Position numbers and translations under genes: made by a program | The notes under the pieces: model-generated | What the model was told of the DNA's origin: nothing | Seen by the model: the letters and a program-made list of their open reading frames with translations, nothing else | Databases searched by the model: none | Shown here: one piece after another, positions 11,701 through 21,287 of the stretch | Numbering within the stretch: position 1 is the stretch's first letter | How the letters are laid out: each line of letters begins with the position of its first letter | DNA from: Pelagomonas calceolata | Taxonomy: Eukaryota | Direction: 5' to 3' | Assembly (NCBI GenBank): GCA_918797485.1 | Contig: CAKKNE010000003.1 | Span: forward strand, 3,162,001 to 3,226,000 | Length of the DNA stretch: 64,000 nt

Positions 11701-11943
11701 CGAGGCCTCGCCGTCGCTCGCGTCGTCGTAGCGGAGGCGCCGCCGCGCGCGCGGCGCGGACCGCGGCGGCTCGGGCGGCGGCGCCATGGTGGACGCGCGG
11801 CCCCGTCGCTCGCTGCCCGGGCGCGACCGCGGCGGCCGCCGGTCGCGCGGCGCGGACCCCCGCTGGTCGGCGGACCACCACTCCTCGCGGTCCTCGGCCA
11901 GCGGCGTCAGCGGCTCCGAGCGGCCCGTGGCGCCGTTCCCCAT
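8794..11943 (-). CDS. CaMKK-like Ser/Thr kinase fused to a C-terminal PP2C phosphatase
   Basis: GTGSYADV, AVK, HGDIKPQNLL, DFG, AGTPAFMCPE; then SQEDR, IFDGHGG, SGSTA, AHAGDSR, LAVSRSFGD, LGCDGLWD, GSVDNVS in one ORF. Confidence 0.9.
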   Translation of the reverse strand: MGNGATGRSEPLTPLAEDREEWWSADQRGSAPRDRRPPRSRPGSERRGRASTMAPPPEPPRSAPRARRRLRYDDASDGEASPDEERRRERRAPAASPAQPPARGRPPPPRSRTPSGGPRDSPAGGRHHRPPAPRGPPRGDRPRPPRDPRPARPPGRPAQPAQPAPPATPPTARSARGGRAEAAGADSPAGRAPRSESPRKRAAVGAERAAAAPPAEAADESDSDGSLGAEEVYDWCAFDTAQGLDLISDKAGATAPTPEKRERTPPPTPRPRATPAPARTPTPSRRRAAASPPPAAGGGGVVDTSRVSRRKASLPTEMAHPMPTSGDFLKKRYMVNNYILLDSVGTGSYADVRLAKEKTSDRLYAVKVINKQVLRRKLTGGSTMLDDVKREIAIMKKLSHPHVLRLFEVMDDPKVNKLYLVLEYMKLGDLMQIMRGDAKRYRCDAMGEGPLWTCIRQVASGLDYLHAQSIVHGDIKPQNLLLGEDGVLKIADFGISKMLAQEEALLETAGTPAFMCPEICAGRPYAGPSADVWALGVTMFMLRCGRPPFVADKVIRLYHRIIHDELRFPATEAPLARGLRELLLGMLAKDPAARSSLEAVRGAAWLRQPPPPARRPARDRPALAALEPRRDGVVEAAHRFEKITVSAADLDGAIVAKRKSRRAPTPEKAPEETAAPPARVLSSRDAEDKRRAFAKKHSKPSLRRRAASADDDDASDDDDLAGAVEDDGGALDLAVAVPPAAATHVLERRRFAAPAGLTNPLARVACAWHSRRGQRPSQEDRVTVIPDLAELPGCDDPRYSGYAYMGIFDGHGGDACATYLQRELHAGICRRGAQLFEDTRQAVARAFRETDERCCARLRAQDDGSGSTAVVCLFDGPGRRLVVAHAGDSRCVLGARGARGASLTQDHRLTRADELARVRGAGGLVVNHRLHGTLAVSRSFGDVAHKSGEPPVLTATPEVRIQNVTEEDEFVVLGCDGLWDALSARVVANFIRGELNDHGDLQRAARAVTEEALRRGSVDNVSVILVALNHGDGDDDRPGSAAGAAEEVD

Positions 11944-12349
11944 CCTGCGGATCTATTGAGGGTGCGCTCCTAGCTCGGTTTTCTCCGAGGTGCCCCGCGC
12001 ATCCGCCGCAGCAGTATGCGGAGTTTACCGAGGCTCTGAAAGGCTGCGTGGAAGGGAAGCAGCCGACTCTGGAGCCATGACGGAAGCAGGACGACCGCCG
12101 GGCAAAATGGCGGCAGCAGGTGGGCTGAGGGCTGCCTGATCCGGCGGCAGCTAGCCGACGCTCTGAAACCAAGAAGTCAAGAGTGGTCTGGCGGCTCACG
12201 AGACCACTGGCTGGAGGCAGTGGCCTCCTGACTTGCCTGCCTCTGCACAAATAAAAAGAAAAAAAAAGGGTCTCCGAGCCAAGCGGGTTGGCTAGCTAAG
12301 CACTCAGCCGTCGTAGGAACTAGGCTCAGCCCGGCCGCGCGCAAAAAAG

Positions 12350-14687
12350 ATGCGCACGCTCGCGCTCCTCGCCCTCGTCGGCGGCGCCGCGGCCGACGAC
12401 GCGCCCCTCTCCGAGGCCGAGACGGAGCGCCTCCTGCGCGAGGCCGCGGGCTGGCGGTCGGGGCAGCGCAACGGCACGCGGTCGCTGCGGCGCGCGGTCG
12501 AGATGTACGCGCTCGCGGCCGACCGGGGCTCGGGCGCCGGCGCGCGCCACGGCGCGTTCGAGCTCGCGCGGCTCCTCGAGCGCGGCTGCGCGTGGCCGAG
12601 CCTCGGCGCGGCCGCCGGCGACGTGGGCAGCCTCTGCGCGCGCGACCTGCCCGAGGCCCTCCGGCGCTTCGGCGCGGCGGCCCAGCGGGGCCACCCCGCG
12701 GCCCAGTTCGGCGTCGCCGTCGCGCTCGGGAGCGACGCGTTCGTCGTCGGCGACGACGCCGAGCGCGCGGCGCTGCGGGCCTACGCGGCGGAGGTGGGCG
12801 GCGCCGCCGCCGCCGCCGCCGCGGCCGCGCGGGGCCGCGCGTCGCGCGAGGACGCGGCCGTGCTCCACCTCTACTTCGCGGCGGCGGGCGGCGACCCGCT
12901 GGCGAACATGGCGCTCGGCGCGCGCCACGTCCACGGCGACGGCGTGCCGAAGGACTGCGACGCGGCGCTGCGCTTCTACGAGCGGGCCGCGGACGAGGCC
13001 GTCCGGCGCGCCGCCGCCGAGGGCGTGCTCCGGCCGAACGCGCGCGAGCGGCTCTCGGCGGCGGGCGGGCGCGTGGCGGCGCTGGAGGCGCTCTGGGACG
13101 CGACGGCGGGCCGGCTCCTGGACCTGGGCGCGGGCCTCGTCGAGCACCGCGACCGGCTCGTCCGCGCGGGCCGCGCGCTCCTCGCCGCGCCGCGCGCGCG
13201 GGCCGCGCCGCCGCCGCCGCCGCCGCCGGCGGCCGCCGCGCCGGACGCGCCGTGGGTCGCGCCGCCGGGCGCGCCGCCCTGGGCGGCCGACGGCGACGAC
13301 CCGTTCTGGGGCGTCGGCGGCCGGCCCGGCCGCGGCGCCGACGTGCTCCACTACTACCGCCACGCGGCGTCGCAGGGCGACGGCGCGGCGCAGCTCGCGC
13401 TGGGCCACCTCCACTTCCACGGCGGGCGGGGCGTCGCGCAGGACCCGGCGCGCGCGGCGCGCCTCTTCGCCGCCGCCGCCGACGGCGCCGAGGTCGACGA
13501 CGCCGCGGCGTTCGGCTGGGCGGGCCTCTGCTACCTCGAGGGCTGGGGCGTGGCCCGGGACGAGGCCCGGGCCGAGGCCTGGCTGCGGCGGGGCGAGAAG
13601 CGCGGCGACGCCGCGGCGCTCGACGGGCTCGGCCTGCTCGAGCTGCGGCGCGCGGCGGGCCGGAAGGAGCGGGACGCGGCGGCGGGCTACTTCCGGCGGG
13701 CCTCGGAGAAGGGCTTCATGGACGCGCTCTACCACCTCGGGCTGTACCAGCTCGGCTGGGACGGCCGGCCGGAGGCGGAGCTCGCGCTCGTCGACGGCTT
13801 CGCGCGGCGGCTCGCGCGGCAGGAGCGCCGGTCGCGCAAGGACGCGCAGAAGGCGCTGCAGTTCTTCAGCCTGGCGGCGCAGAACGGCCACGTGCGCGCG
13901 CTCCACAAGGTCGGGCGGCTCTATGCGCGCGCGCTCGGCGTGCGGCGGAGCTGCGACGTGGCGGCGAACGCCTACAAGACGGTGGCCGAGCGGGGCCCCT
14001 GGGTCGCGCAGCTCGCCGAGGCCCACGCCGTGTACGCGCGGGGCGACGTCGACGGCGCGCGGCGCGCGTACGCGCGGCTGGCCGAGGCGGGCTACGAGGT
14101 CGCGCAGGCGAACGCCGCGGCTGCTCGACCGCGCGGCGCGCGCGGCGCGGCGCGGGGCCGCGGACTGCCTCGGGACGTCGGCGGGGGACTGCGAGGGCCG
14201 CGCGCGGCGCCTCTACGAGCTCGCGGCCAAGCAGGGCAACGCCGACGCCGCGCTGCGGCTGGGCGACATGACGCTGCGCGCGGGCGACGCCGCGCGGGCC
14301 GTGGGGCACTACCAGGCGGCGCACGAGCTGCGCCACGCCCAGGCGACCTTCGCGCTCGCGTGGTGCTACCAGCGCGGCCTCGGCGTGCGGCGCGACCTGC
14401 ACCTCGCGAAGCGGCACTTCGGGCTCGCGGCCGAGGCGGACGCGGACGCCGCCTGGCCCGTGCGCCTCGCGCTGGGCCTGCTCTACGCGGAGTGGGGGCT
14501 CCAGGAGGCCGCGCGGCGGCGGCCCGGCGCCGCGGCGCGGCTGGGGCGCCTCTACGACGCGCTCGGCGCCGCGGCCGCCGGCGGCCGCCGCTCGCCCCAC
14601 GACGCCGCCGCGGCGACGCTGGCGGCCGCGCTGGCGGGCCTCGTCGCGCTCCGGGTGGTCGCGGTCCGCCGCCGGCGCGCGGCCTGA
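12350..14687 (+). CDS. SEL1-repeat protein, SEL1L/HRD3-like; frameshift near 14120
   Basis: Signal peptide, many SEL1 repeats, CDVAANAYKTVAERGPW, GYEVAQANAA, RDLHLAKRHF, C-terminal TM; frame changes at AACGCCGCG-G-CTGCTCGAC. Confidence 0.8.
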
Positions 14688-14840
14688 TTGTAATCATGAT
14701 GAGTACCTCCCCATCCTTCGATTCGTGCATCGCCCCGCCAAGCTGTTAGCGTGTCGCGCGTCGTGAGCTTAGTGGGGCGGCGAAACGCGCGACGAGGAGA
14801 CGCTGTTTGGGCTTACCTGACGAGCACATTTGGCTGCAGA

Positions 14841-14903
14841 GTAAAATAAGGTTAAAGATAAATCACTGGCGATTGAGCCCCGAACCTCCAGAGCTCGCGG
14901 TTT
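14841..14903 (+). repeat. Short dispersed intergenic repeat, homologous to 1981-2046 (-)
   Basis: Direct sequence match by eye. Confidence 0.8.
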
Positions 14904-15088
14904 TCTACGTAGCAGCATATCAAGAGGTACTATACTTGTATGTTATGGCTTTGGCACTTACCGTAGGTACCGTACCGCAGTAGGTAGTTCTATACCGCCG
15001 AACGAGCCGCGCAAGCGCCCGACGTACTATCGTCAGAAAGCTCCTGAAAACCGATACTCAGATTCTTGAAAAGGAGCGTATCAGCCCT

Positions 15089-15868
15089 ATGATTGTCCGC
15101 CTCTGGTGCTGCTGCGCGGTGGCCGGCGCCCTCGAGGTGCTGCCGCCCCCGGGCACGAAGCAACCGACGCCGGTCGCCGCCGCGCTGCCGACCATCGTGG
15201 CGCTGCCGCATGCGGGAGAGGACGACGCCGCGTACGTCGTGGAGGACACGCTGCTCGTCGGCGTGCCGGCGGACGCGGCGCTGGCGCCCGCCGGGACCGA
15301 GACGTGGGTCCTGCCGCACCGCGTCGCCGACGGCGGCGCGCAGGCCGCCGTGCGCGGGGCCGCGCCGCGCGCGACGCGCGTCGTCCACCGCCTCGACGCC
15401 GGCCGCGGCGACTACCGGCGCGACGACGCCGACACGCTCCTCTCGGCGGCCGGCGCGAACCTGCGGCCCGGCGCCAAGGCCACGGCGCGGAAGCTCGACG
15501 ACGGCCCCTGGCCGCTGCCGGGCGCCTTCGACCTCGTGGCGCGCTGGACGCCGGGCCCGACGCAGGGCCACTGCGTGCTGCGCGCGGACGTCGGCGGCGC
15601 GCGCGTCCTCTTCTCGGGCCGCCTCGCGGGCTACGACCCGCGCGCCGGCGCTGTGTCGGCGTTCGCGCTCGAGGCCGAGCACTCGGCCGCGCGCGCGAGC
15701 GAGGCGCTCTTCGCGCTCGCCGACGACGCCGACGGGGCCTGGGACTTCGAGTGGCTCCTCCCGGCGCGCGGCCGCGCCGTCCGCTTCGCGTCGCCGACGG
15801 ACGCGCGCGACGCGCTGCGCGGCGCCGCGCGGCGGGCGGCCTCCGTGGCGCGCGCCGGCAAGGGTTAA
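15089..15868 (+). CDS. Degenerate metallo-beta-lactamase-fold-like protein with signal peptide
   Basis: WTPGPTQGHCVL, VLFSG, FEWLLPARG resemble MBL-fold motifs lacking His ligands; strong GC3 bias. Confidence 0.55.
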   Translation: MIVRLWCCCAVAGALEVLPPPGTKQPTPVAAALPTIVALPHAGEDDAAYVVEDTLLVGVPADAALAPAGTETWVLPHRVADGGAQAAVRGAAPRATRVVHRLDAGRGDYRRDDADTLLSAAGANLRPGAKATARKLDDGPWPLPGAFDLVARWTPGPTQGHCVLRADVGGARVLFSGRLAGYDPRAGAVSAFALEAEHSAARASEALFALADDADGAWDFEWLLPARGRAVRFASPTDARDALRGAARRAASVARAGKG

Positions 15869-15878
15869 AAACACTGCC

Positions 15879-16778
15879 TTACTTCGAGTCCCTCAGCCCC
15901 GCGAGGAGGTCCCCGCGCACCGCGCCGCCGTCGAAGAGCATGTCCGCGGTGACGCCCGCGGACAGGTCCAGCAGCGCGGCGTCGGCGCCCTCGCCGTAGA
16001 AGTCCGCGTCGGCCGTCGAGGACGTGTACGTGATCACGCACGCCATCTCCGCGGCCTTGGCCGCCCGCAGCCCCACGAGCGAGTCCTCCACCACGACGCA
16101 CCGGCTCTTGTCGACGCCGAGCCGCGCCGCCGCCAGGTTGTAGATCTCGGGGTCCGGCTTCTTGTGCGTCACGTCGTCGCCCGCGATGACCACGTCCAGC
16201 CGGGCCAGCCGCTCCTGGCCCACGATGGCGTCCACGACCTTCTCGAAGCCGCCGCGCGTCGAGGCGGAGCAGATGCCGACCGCGAGGCCCGGCGTCCTTA
16301 TCGCGTCGTCCATGAGCTCGAGCGCGCCGGGCCGCGCCGTCGCCGTCGTCGCCACGAGCCGCTTGTAGCACTCCGTCTTGTAGTCCTGCAGGTCGTCGAT
16401 GAGCGCCATGCCCTCCTCGAGGGTCGTGGCCGTCGCCCGGCCGCCCCGGCCGGACACGGTCGGCCACTCCTTCGCCGTCTCCGTGAAGTGGTACTTCATC
16501 TTGGGCTTGCCGCCGCCGACGGTGTTCTGGAGCTTGTCGTAGTACGCCACGCTCCACTCGACGGGCGCGCCCGCCGTCTCGAGGCCGAACGCCGCGAAGG
16601 CCTCGTTGTACGCGAGCCGGTGCAGCTCCTCGGTCTCGACGAGGACGCCGTCGCAGTCGAAGAGGAGCGCGGCGTCGAACGCGAGCCGCCGCGTGGCCCC
16701 CCGGCTACTCCTCCGTCGCGCCGGCGCCACGAGCCCGAGCGCCGGCGCGAGCAGCGCCGCCGCGAGTAGGGTCCGCAT
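15879..16778 (-). CDS. cbbY: CbbY-like HAD hydrolase, plastid-targeted
   Basis: LLFDCDGVLVETEELHRLAYN, GGGKPKM, KKPDPEIY, VVEDSLVGLRAA. Confidence 0.9.
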   Translation of the reverse strand: MRTLLAAALLAPALGLVAPARRRSSRGATRRLAFDAALLFDCDGVLVETEELHRLAYNEAFAAFGLETAGAPVEWSVAYYDKLQNTVGGGKPKMKYHFTETAKEWPTVSGRGGRATATTLEEGMALIDDLQDYKTECYKRLVATTATARPGALELMDDAIRTPGLAVGICSASTRGGFEKVVDAIVGQERLARLDVVIAGDDVTHKKPDPEIYNLAAARLGVDKSRCVVVEDSLVGLRAAKAAEMACVITYTSSTADADFYGEGADAALLDLSAGVTADMLFDGGAVRGDLLAGLRDSK

Positions 16779-16957
16779 TATCGGCTCTCCGGAGACGCAA
16801 TTTGTTGAGCGACTCGTGTGATGTGGACTTTTGCAGGACTTTTGGATGCCTAGAGTCTTACAGCCGCTAGCTTTGGTGAGCAGCGAGGAAGTGCTTAGGA
16901 GGCATCTTAGGGATTATTTATTAGTAGTCGCCCTTGGGACGACAAAATCGCTGGGAC

Positions 16958-17755
16958 ATGTCGTCGTGGGTCGACCAGGCGAAACGGTACGTGCACGCGC
17001 ACGACGTCGCGACGGCGGCCGCCAGCGCCACGGACGCGGCGCCGCCGCCGCCCCCCGACTGGCTCCTCGCGGCGGCACGCCTGCGGAGCCACCGGATCCG
17101 CGAGCCCACGGGCGGGGACCTCGTGCGGGCGACGCGCGAGCGCGTGCGCAAGCGGCGCGCCGAGCGCAAGAAGGCGACCGCGGCGCGCAACAAGCGCAAG
17201 AAGGCGCGCGAGCGCGCGGCCGCGGCGGCCAAGGCGCGCAAGGCGAAGAAGCTCAAGGCGGCCACGGCCGTGACCGACGCGCTGCCCGAGAGGTACGCGT
17301 CGGCCGCGACGTCGCTGGCCCTCTGGCGCGCGCTCTCGTCCGTGCCGCCCGCGACGGCGCCCGCGCTCCGCGCGGCGCTGCGGCGCCTCTCCGAGCTCCT
17401 CGCGAACGAGGTCTCGGAGAACGCGCAGCCGCTCGTGGACGCGCTGGCCGCGGCCGCAGCGCGCGACCCGCTCGACGAGGCGGCGCTTGCGGCCGCGCGG
17501 GACGCGTGCCGGCCCGTGTTCGAGGACGCGCACGTCGGCCGGACCTACGTCAACGCGGCGGGCACGGCCGTCGTCGTGCTCTTCAAGGTGCCCGAGGAGG
17601 GCGACGACGAGGCGCTCTGGGTCATTGGCGCGCGCCAGGAGGGCGGCGTCTACGACGGGGTCCAGATCGTCCGCTTTCCGACCTGGGCCGTCGAGGAGTG
17701 GGACGCCGGGGATCTGGCCAGGGCGCGGCCGGCGCCCGGCGGCGGCGGCGTGTAA
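16958..17755 (+). CDS. Hypothetical protein with a basic central region
   Basis: Open frame with host GC3 codon bias; no recognised motif. Confidence 0.65.
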   Translation: MSSWVDQAKRYVHAHDVATAAASATDAAPPPPPDWLLAAARLRSHRIREPTGGDLVRATRERVRKRRAERKKATAARNKRKKARERAAAAAKARKAKKLKAATAVTDALPERYASAATSLALWRALSSVPPATAPALRAALRRLSELLANEVSENAQPLVDALAAAAARDPLDEAALAAARDACRPVFEDAHVGRTYVNAAGTAVVVLFKVPEEGDDEALWVIGARQEGGVYDGVQIVRFPTWAVEEWDAGDLARARPAPGGGGV

Positions 17756-18118
17756 ATATCTATATATGTGGTGCTGAGGTGCCCTTTGCGTCTGTGGAGT
17801 GTATGTCCTTTTCCTTTAGGATATTCCTTCCCTAATTATTTAGTTATTTATTTGCTTTGCTTAGAGCTAGGTAGCTAGGCACTGGCACCAGCCGGGCGCC
17901 GCGTATTTACTATGTGTTTATAGAAAGAGAGACTGGGGTAAACCCGGACGAATTTACCTAGACGCGTCCGCGGCTCGGGAGGCGTGGTCTAAACGCGACA
18001 GCTTTTGCGTCCGCCGCAAGCGGCTCCCGCGCAAGCGGCTCTGGACAGAAAACCAGCCTCCAGGGGTCAAAAGGCCCATCGTCTCATCCGACTGGCTCGG
18101 CGATGCATCCGAACATAT

Positions 18119-20074
18119 TTATTCCTCCGCGGCCGCGGGCGGCGCCGCGCCGAGCACCTCCCCCGTCCTCCGGAAGTGGTCGAACGCGGCGCGGTCCTCG
18201 TCCGTCGGCGGCGGGTCGGCGCGGAGCGCGTCCGCCACGAGCGCCTCGACGCGGCCTCGCGTCGGCGCGTCCAGGCGCGCGAGGACCGCCTCGCGCTTCC
18301 GCGAGAGCTCCAGCAGGCACGCGAAGGCGGCGGCGTTGGCGTCGTCGCCCGCGCGGAGCTCGGCCTCGAGGTGGTACGCCAGCGCGTCGACGGCGTCGGC
18401 GTCCTCGGCGGGCGCGCGCAGGTGCTCCGCGAGCCGCGCCTCGTGGGCCGCGGCCCACTCGGCCTGGCAGACGCGCGCGGCGTCGGGGGGCGCGCCGGGC
18501 GGCGGCGCGGCGCGCGCCGGGCCGCGCAGCGCGAAGCGGACCGCGCGCGCGTCCTCGTTCGACGCGCCGGCCTCGCGCGCACGCGCCTCGACCGCGGCCG
18601 CGTCGCCGTCCCGCAGCGCGGCGCGGCCGGCGGCCGTCTGGTAGAACGCCGCCGCGGCCCGGCCGAGGGCCAGCACGGGCAGCCCGGCGCGGACGCCGGC
18701 CGGCGCGGCCGCGAGCGCCGCCGGCGTCCAGGCGCGTAGCGCGTCCGTCGCGCGCCGCGCGAGGTCCGCCGACTCGCGCGGGACGCTCGCCCACAGGTCG
18801 CCGCACGCCGCGACGGCGTAGCGCGCCGCGGCCGCGTCCTCGACGCACGCCGCCGCCGCCGCCGCGTCGCCGGCGAGCGCGCGGCTCGCTGCGTCGAGCC
18901 ACGCGGACACCCAGGGCGCGAGCGCGTCGAGCGCCGCGACCTCGGCGGCGGCGCCCGGCGCGAGGCCCAGCGCGACGCCGCGCAGCGCGCAAACGGCGCC
19001 GCGCGCCGTCGCGGCGTGCCGCGCGGCCGCCGCGCGCGCCGCGGCCCCCAGGAATTCGTCCGCGAGCGGCGCGGGCCGCGCCCGCGTGCCGCGCGCCTGG
19101 AGCTCGCCCAGCGCGCCGACCGCCTCCGTGGCCAGGGCCCGCACGTCCGGCGGCGCCTCGCCGCACCACCGGACGACGTCGGCGCCGACGCGCTCGGCCC
19201 AGGGCGCGACCTCGGCCGGCAGGCGCGGGCAGGCGCGCGCGACGCAGTGCAGCGCGAGCGCGGGCACGGCGGCCCAGTCCCCCTCGGCGCCGATCGGCGG
19301 CAGGTCCGGCCGCGCGGCGAACTCGCGGCGCTGCGCGTCCACGAGGTCCGCCGCGCGGGGCCGGAGCGCGCGCGCGAGGCCCAGCAGCAGCGCGCGGCCC
19401 GCGGCCTCGCCGCCCCGCGCGAGCCACGCCCGGAGGCCCGCGTCGCCCGCGCGCAGGTAGAGACTCAGCGCGGCGAGCGCGTCGCGGGCGTCGCCGAACT
19501 CGCTCTGCGTCGAGCTCGCCTCGCCGGCGAGGCACCGCGCGTGCGCCCGCGCCTGCGCCTCCGGCAGGTCGGGCGCCGCGCCCGTCGCGTCGTCGAGCGC
19601 GCCGACGAGGCCGGACCAGCCGCCGTCCGCGCCGGCGCCGCCCGCGCCCGTGCCCAGGCTCGGGCCCGCGCCGCGCGCCGCGTCGGCGTCGACGACCGTC
19701 GCGACGAACTCCACGCGCACGCGGCTCCCCGCGACGGCCGTGGCGCAGAGCCGCCACGTCAGCGCCCACCGCCGCGCCGCGTCCGTGTGGGCGACCTTGG
19801 CGCACGCCGCCAGCTCGAAGTCGGGCCGGCCCGCGCCGTCGCCGCCCGCGAAGCGGACGCCGGCGCGCGCCAGCGCCGCGCCGCGCCAGCGCGCCCAGAC
19901 GCGCGCGGGTATTTCGTCGAGGTCCCTGGCGCCATTCCACGCGCGGACGGCCTCGCGCCGCGCCGCGCCCGCGGCATCCCGCGGCGCGCCGCCCGCTGGC
20001 GCGGGAGCCGCCGGGCTCGGGGGCACGCCCTTCCTTTGGCGGTGCGCTGCCGCCGGCTTGCGCGTCCCACGCAT
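18119..20074 (-). CDS. Hypothetical alpha-helical protein
   Basis: 651-aa frame with GC3 bias; start uncertain. Confidence 0.65.
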   Translation of the reverse strand: MRGTRKPAAAHRQRKGVPPSPAAPAPAGGAPRDAAGAARREAVRAWNGARDLDEIPARVWARWRGAALARAGVRFAGGDGAGRPDFELAACAKVAHTDAARRWALTWRLCATAVAGSRVRVEFVATVVDADAARGAGPSLGTGAGGAGADGGWSGLVGALDDATGAAPDLPEAQARAHARCLAGEASSTQSEFGDARDALAALSLYLRAGDAGLRAWLARGGEAAGRALLLGLARALRPRAADLVDAQRREFAARPDLPPIGAEGDWAAVPALALHCVARACPRLPAEVAPWAERVGADVVRWCGEAPPDVRALATEAVGALGELQARGTRARPAPLADEFLGAAARAAAARHAATARGAVCALRGVALGLAPGAAAEVAALDALAPWVSAWLDAASRALAGDAAAAAACVEDAAAARYAVAACGDLWASVPRESADLARRATDALRAWTPAALAAAPAGVRAGLPVLALGRAAAAFYQTAAGRAALRDGDAAAVEARAREAGASNEDARAVRFALRGPARAAPPPGAPPDAARVCQAEWAAAHEARLAEHLRAPAEDADAVDALAYHLEAELRAGDDANAAAFACLLELSRKREAVLARLDAPTRGRVEALVADALRADPPPTDEDRAAFDHFRRTGEVLGAAPPAAAEE

Positions 20075-20129
20075 CGCCAGCCGGGGGCAGCCTATGCGCA
20101 GTGCGCGCTTAAATCATTAGGCATCCCTA

Positions 20130-21180
20130 CCTAGGTACTTATAATAAATAGCTATAGTCAATTCGGGTTGCGGGGGCGCGCGCCTAGAGGGGTGACGGGG
20201 GAGCTATCCCCCGCGAGCGTGTACGTAAGCTTGCTGCCGGTCGTAGAAGCGTGCGTCGTCGTCGCCGTGCCCGGGCGCGTTGGTGAAGTCCGGGTTGCCG
20301 CCGACGAGCCGGAGGCCGTCGATCTTGATCCGGGCGTACTCGCGCGCCTAGGTAGGTACTTAAATGGCGTGATCAATTCGGGTTGCGGGGGCGCGCGCCT
20401 AGAGGGGTGACGGGGGAGCTATCCCCCGCGAGCGTGTACGTAAGCTTGCTGCCGGTCGTAGAAGCGTGCGTCGTCGTCGCCGTGCCCGGGCGCGTTGGTG
20501 AAGTCCGGGTTGCCGCCGACGAGCCGGAGGCCGTCGATCTTGATCCGGGCGTACTCGCGCCCGGCGCCTATAAATGCGCATAGTCAATTCGGGTTGGGGG
20601 CGCGCCTAGAGGGTGACGGGGGCATCCCCCCGCGAGCGTACGCGTTGCTGCCGGTCGTAGAAGCGTGCGTCGTCGTCGCCGTGCCCGGGCGCGTTGGTGA
20701 AGTCCGGGTTGCCGCCGACGAGCCGGAGGCCGTCGATCTTGATCCGGGCGTACTCGCGCGCCTAGGTACTTATAAATAGCTATAGTCAATTCGGGTTGCG
20801 GGGGCGCGCGCCTAGAGGGGTGACGGGGGAGCTATCCCCCGCGAGCGTGTACGTAAGCTTGCTGCCGGTCGTAGAAGCGTGCGTCGTCGTCGCCGTGCCC
20901 GGGCGCGTTGGTGAAGTCCGGGTTGCCGCCGACGAGCCGGAGGCCGTCGATCTTGATCCGGGCGTACTCGCGCGCCTAGGTACTTATAAATAGCTATAGT
21001 CAATTCGGGTTGCGGGGGCGCGCGCCTAGAGGGGTGACGGGGGAGCTAAATCATTCTTTATTTTGCTATACTAGTCAATTCGGGTTTTGGGGGCACGCCT
21101 GGCGAGATGCCTTGGGAGATGTGTGGTCTCGGGGGAGCTAAGCGCGCGTCCTCGTCCGGGTTGCCGCCGACCGTGCTGGA
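20130..21180. repeat. Tandem array of ~214-bp units (4 full, 1 partial, 1 degenerate)
   Basis: TCAATTCGGGTT recurs at 20158, 20373, 20584, 20786, 21000 and about 21075. Confidence 0.95.
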
Positions 21181-21287
21181 GGGGCTAGCTCAATAAGCGA
21201 CCCCCCCTCTCCGACACTAAGACTCTGACGTATCAGCGGGTTAAATAAATAAATAACTACATTGGCTTGCTTTGCCCACTTTACAAG

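Noticed and set aside
20130..21180. Array as a CRISPR locus
   Set aside because: Long near-identical units without unique spacers, eukaryotic context, and no cas genes.
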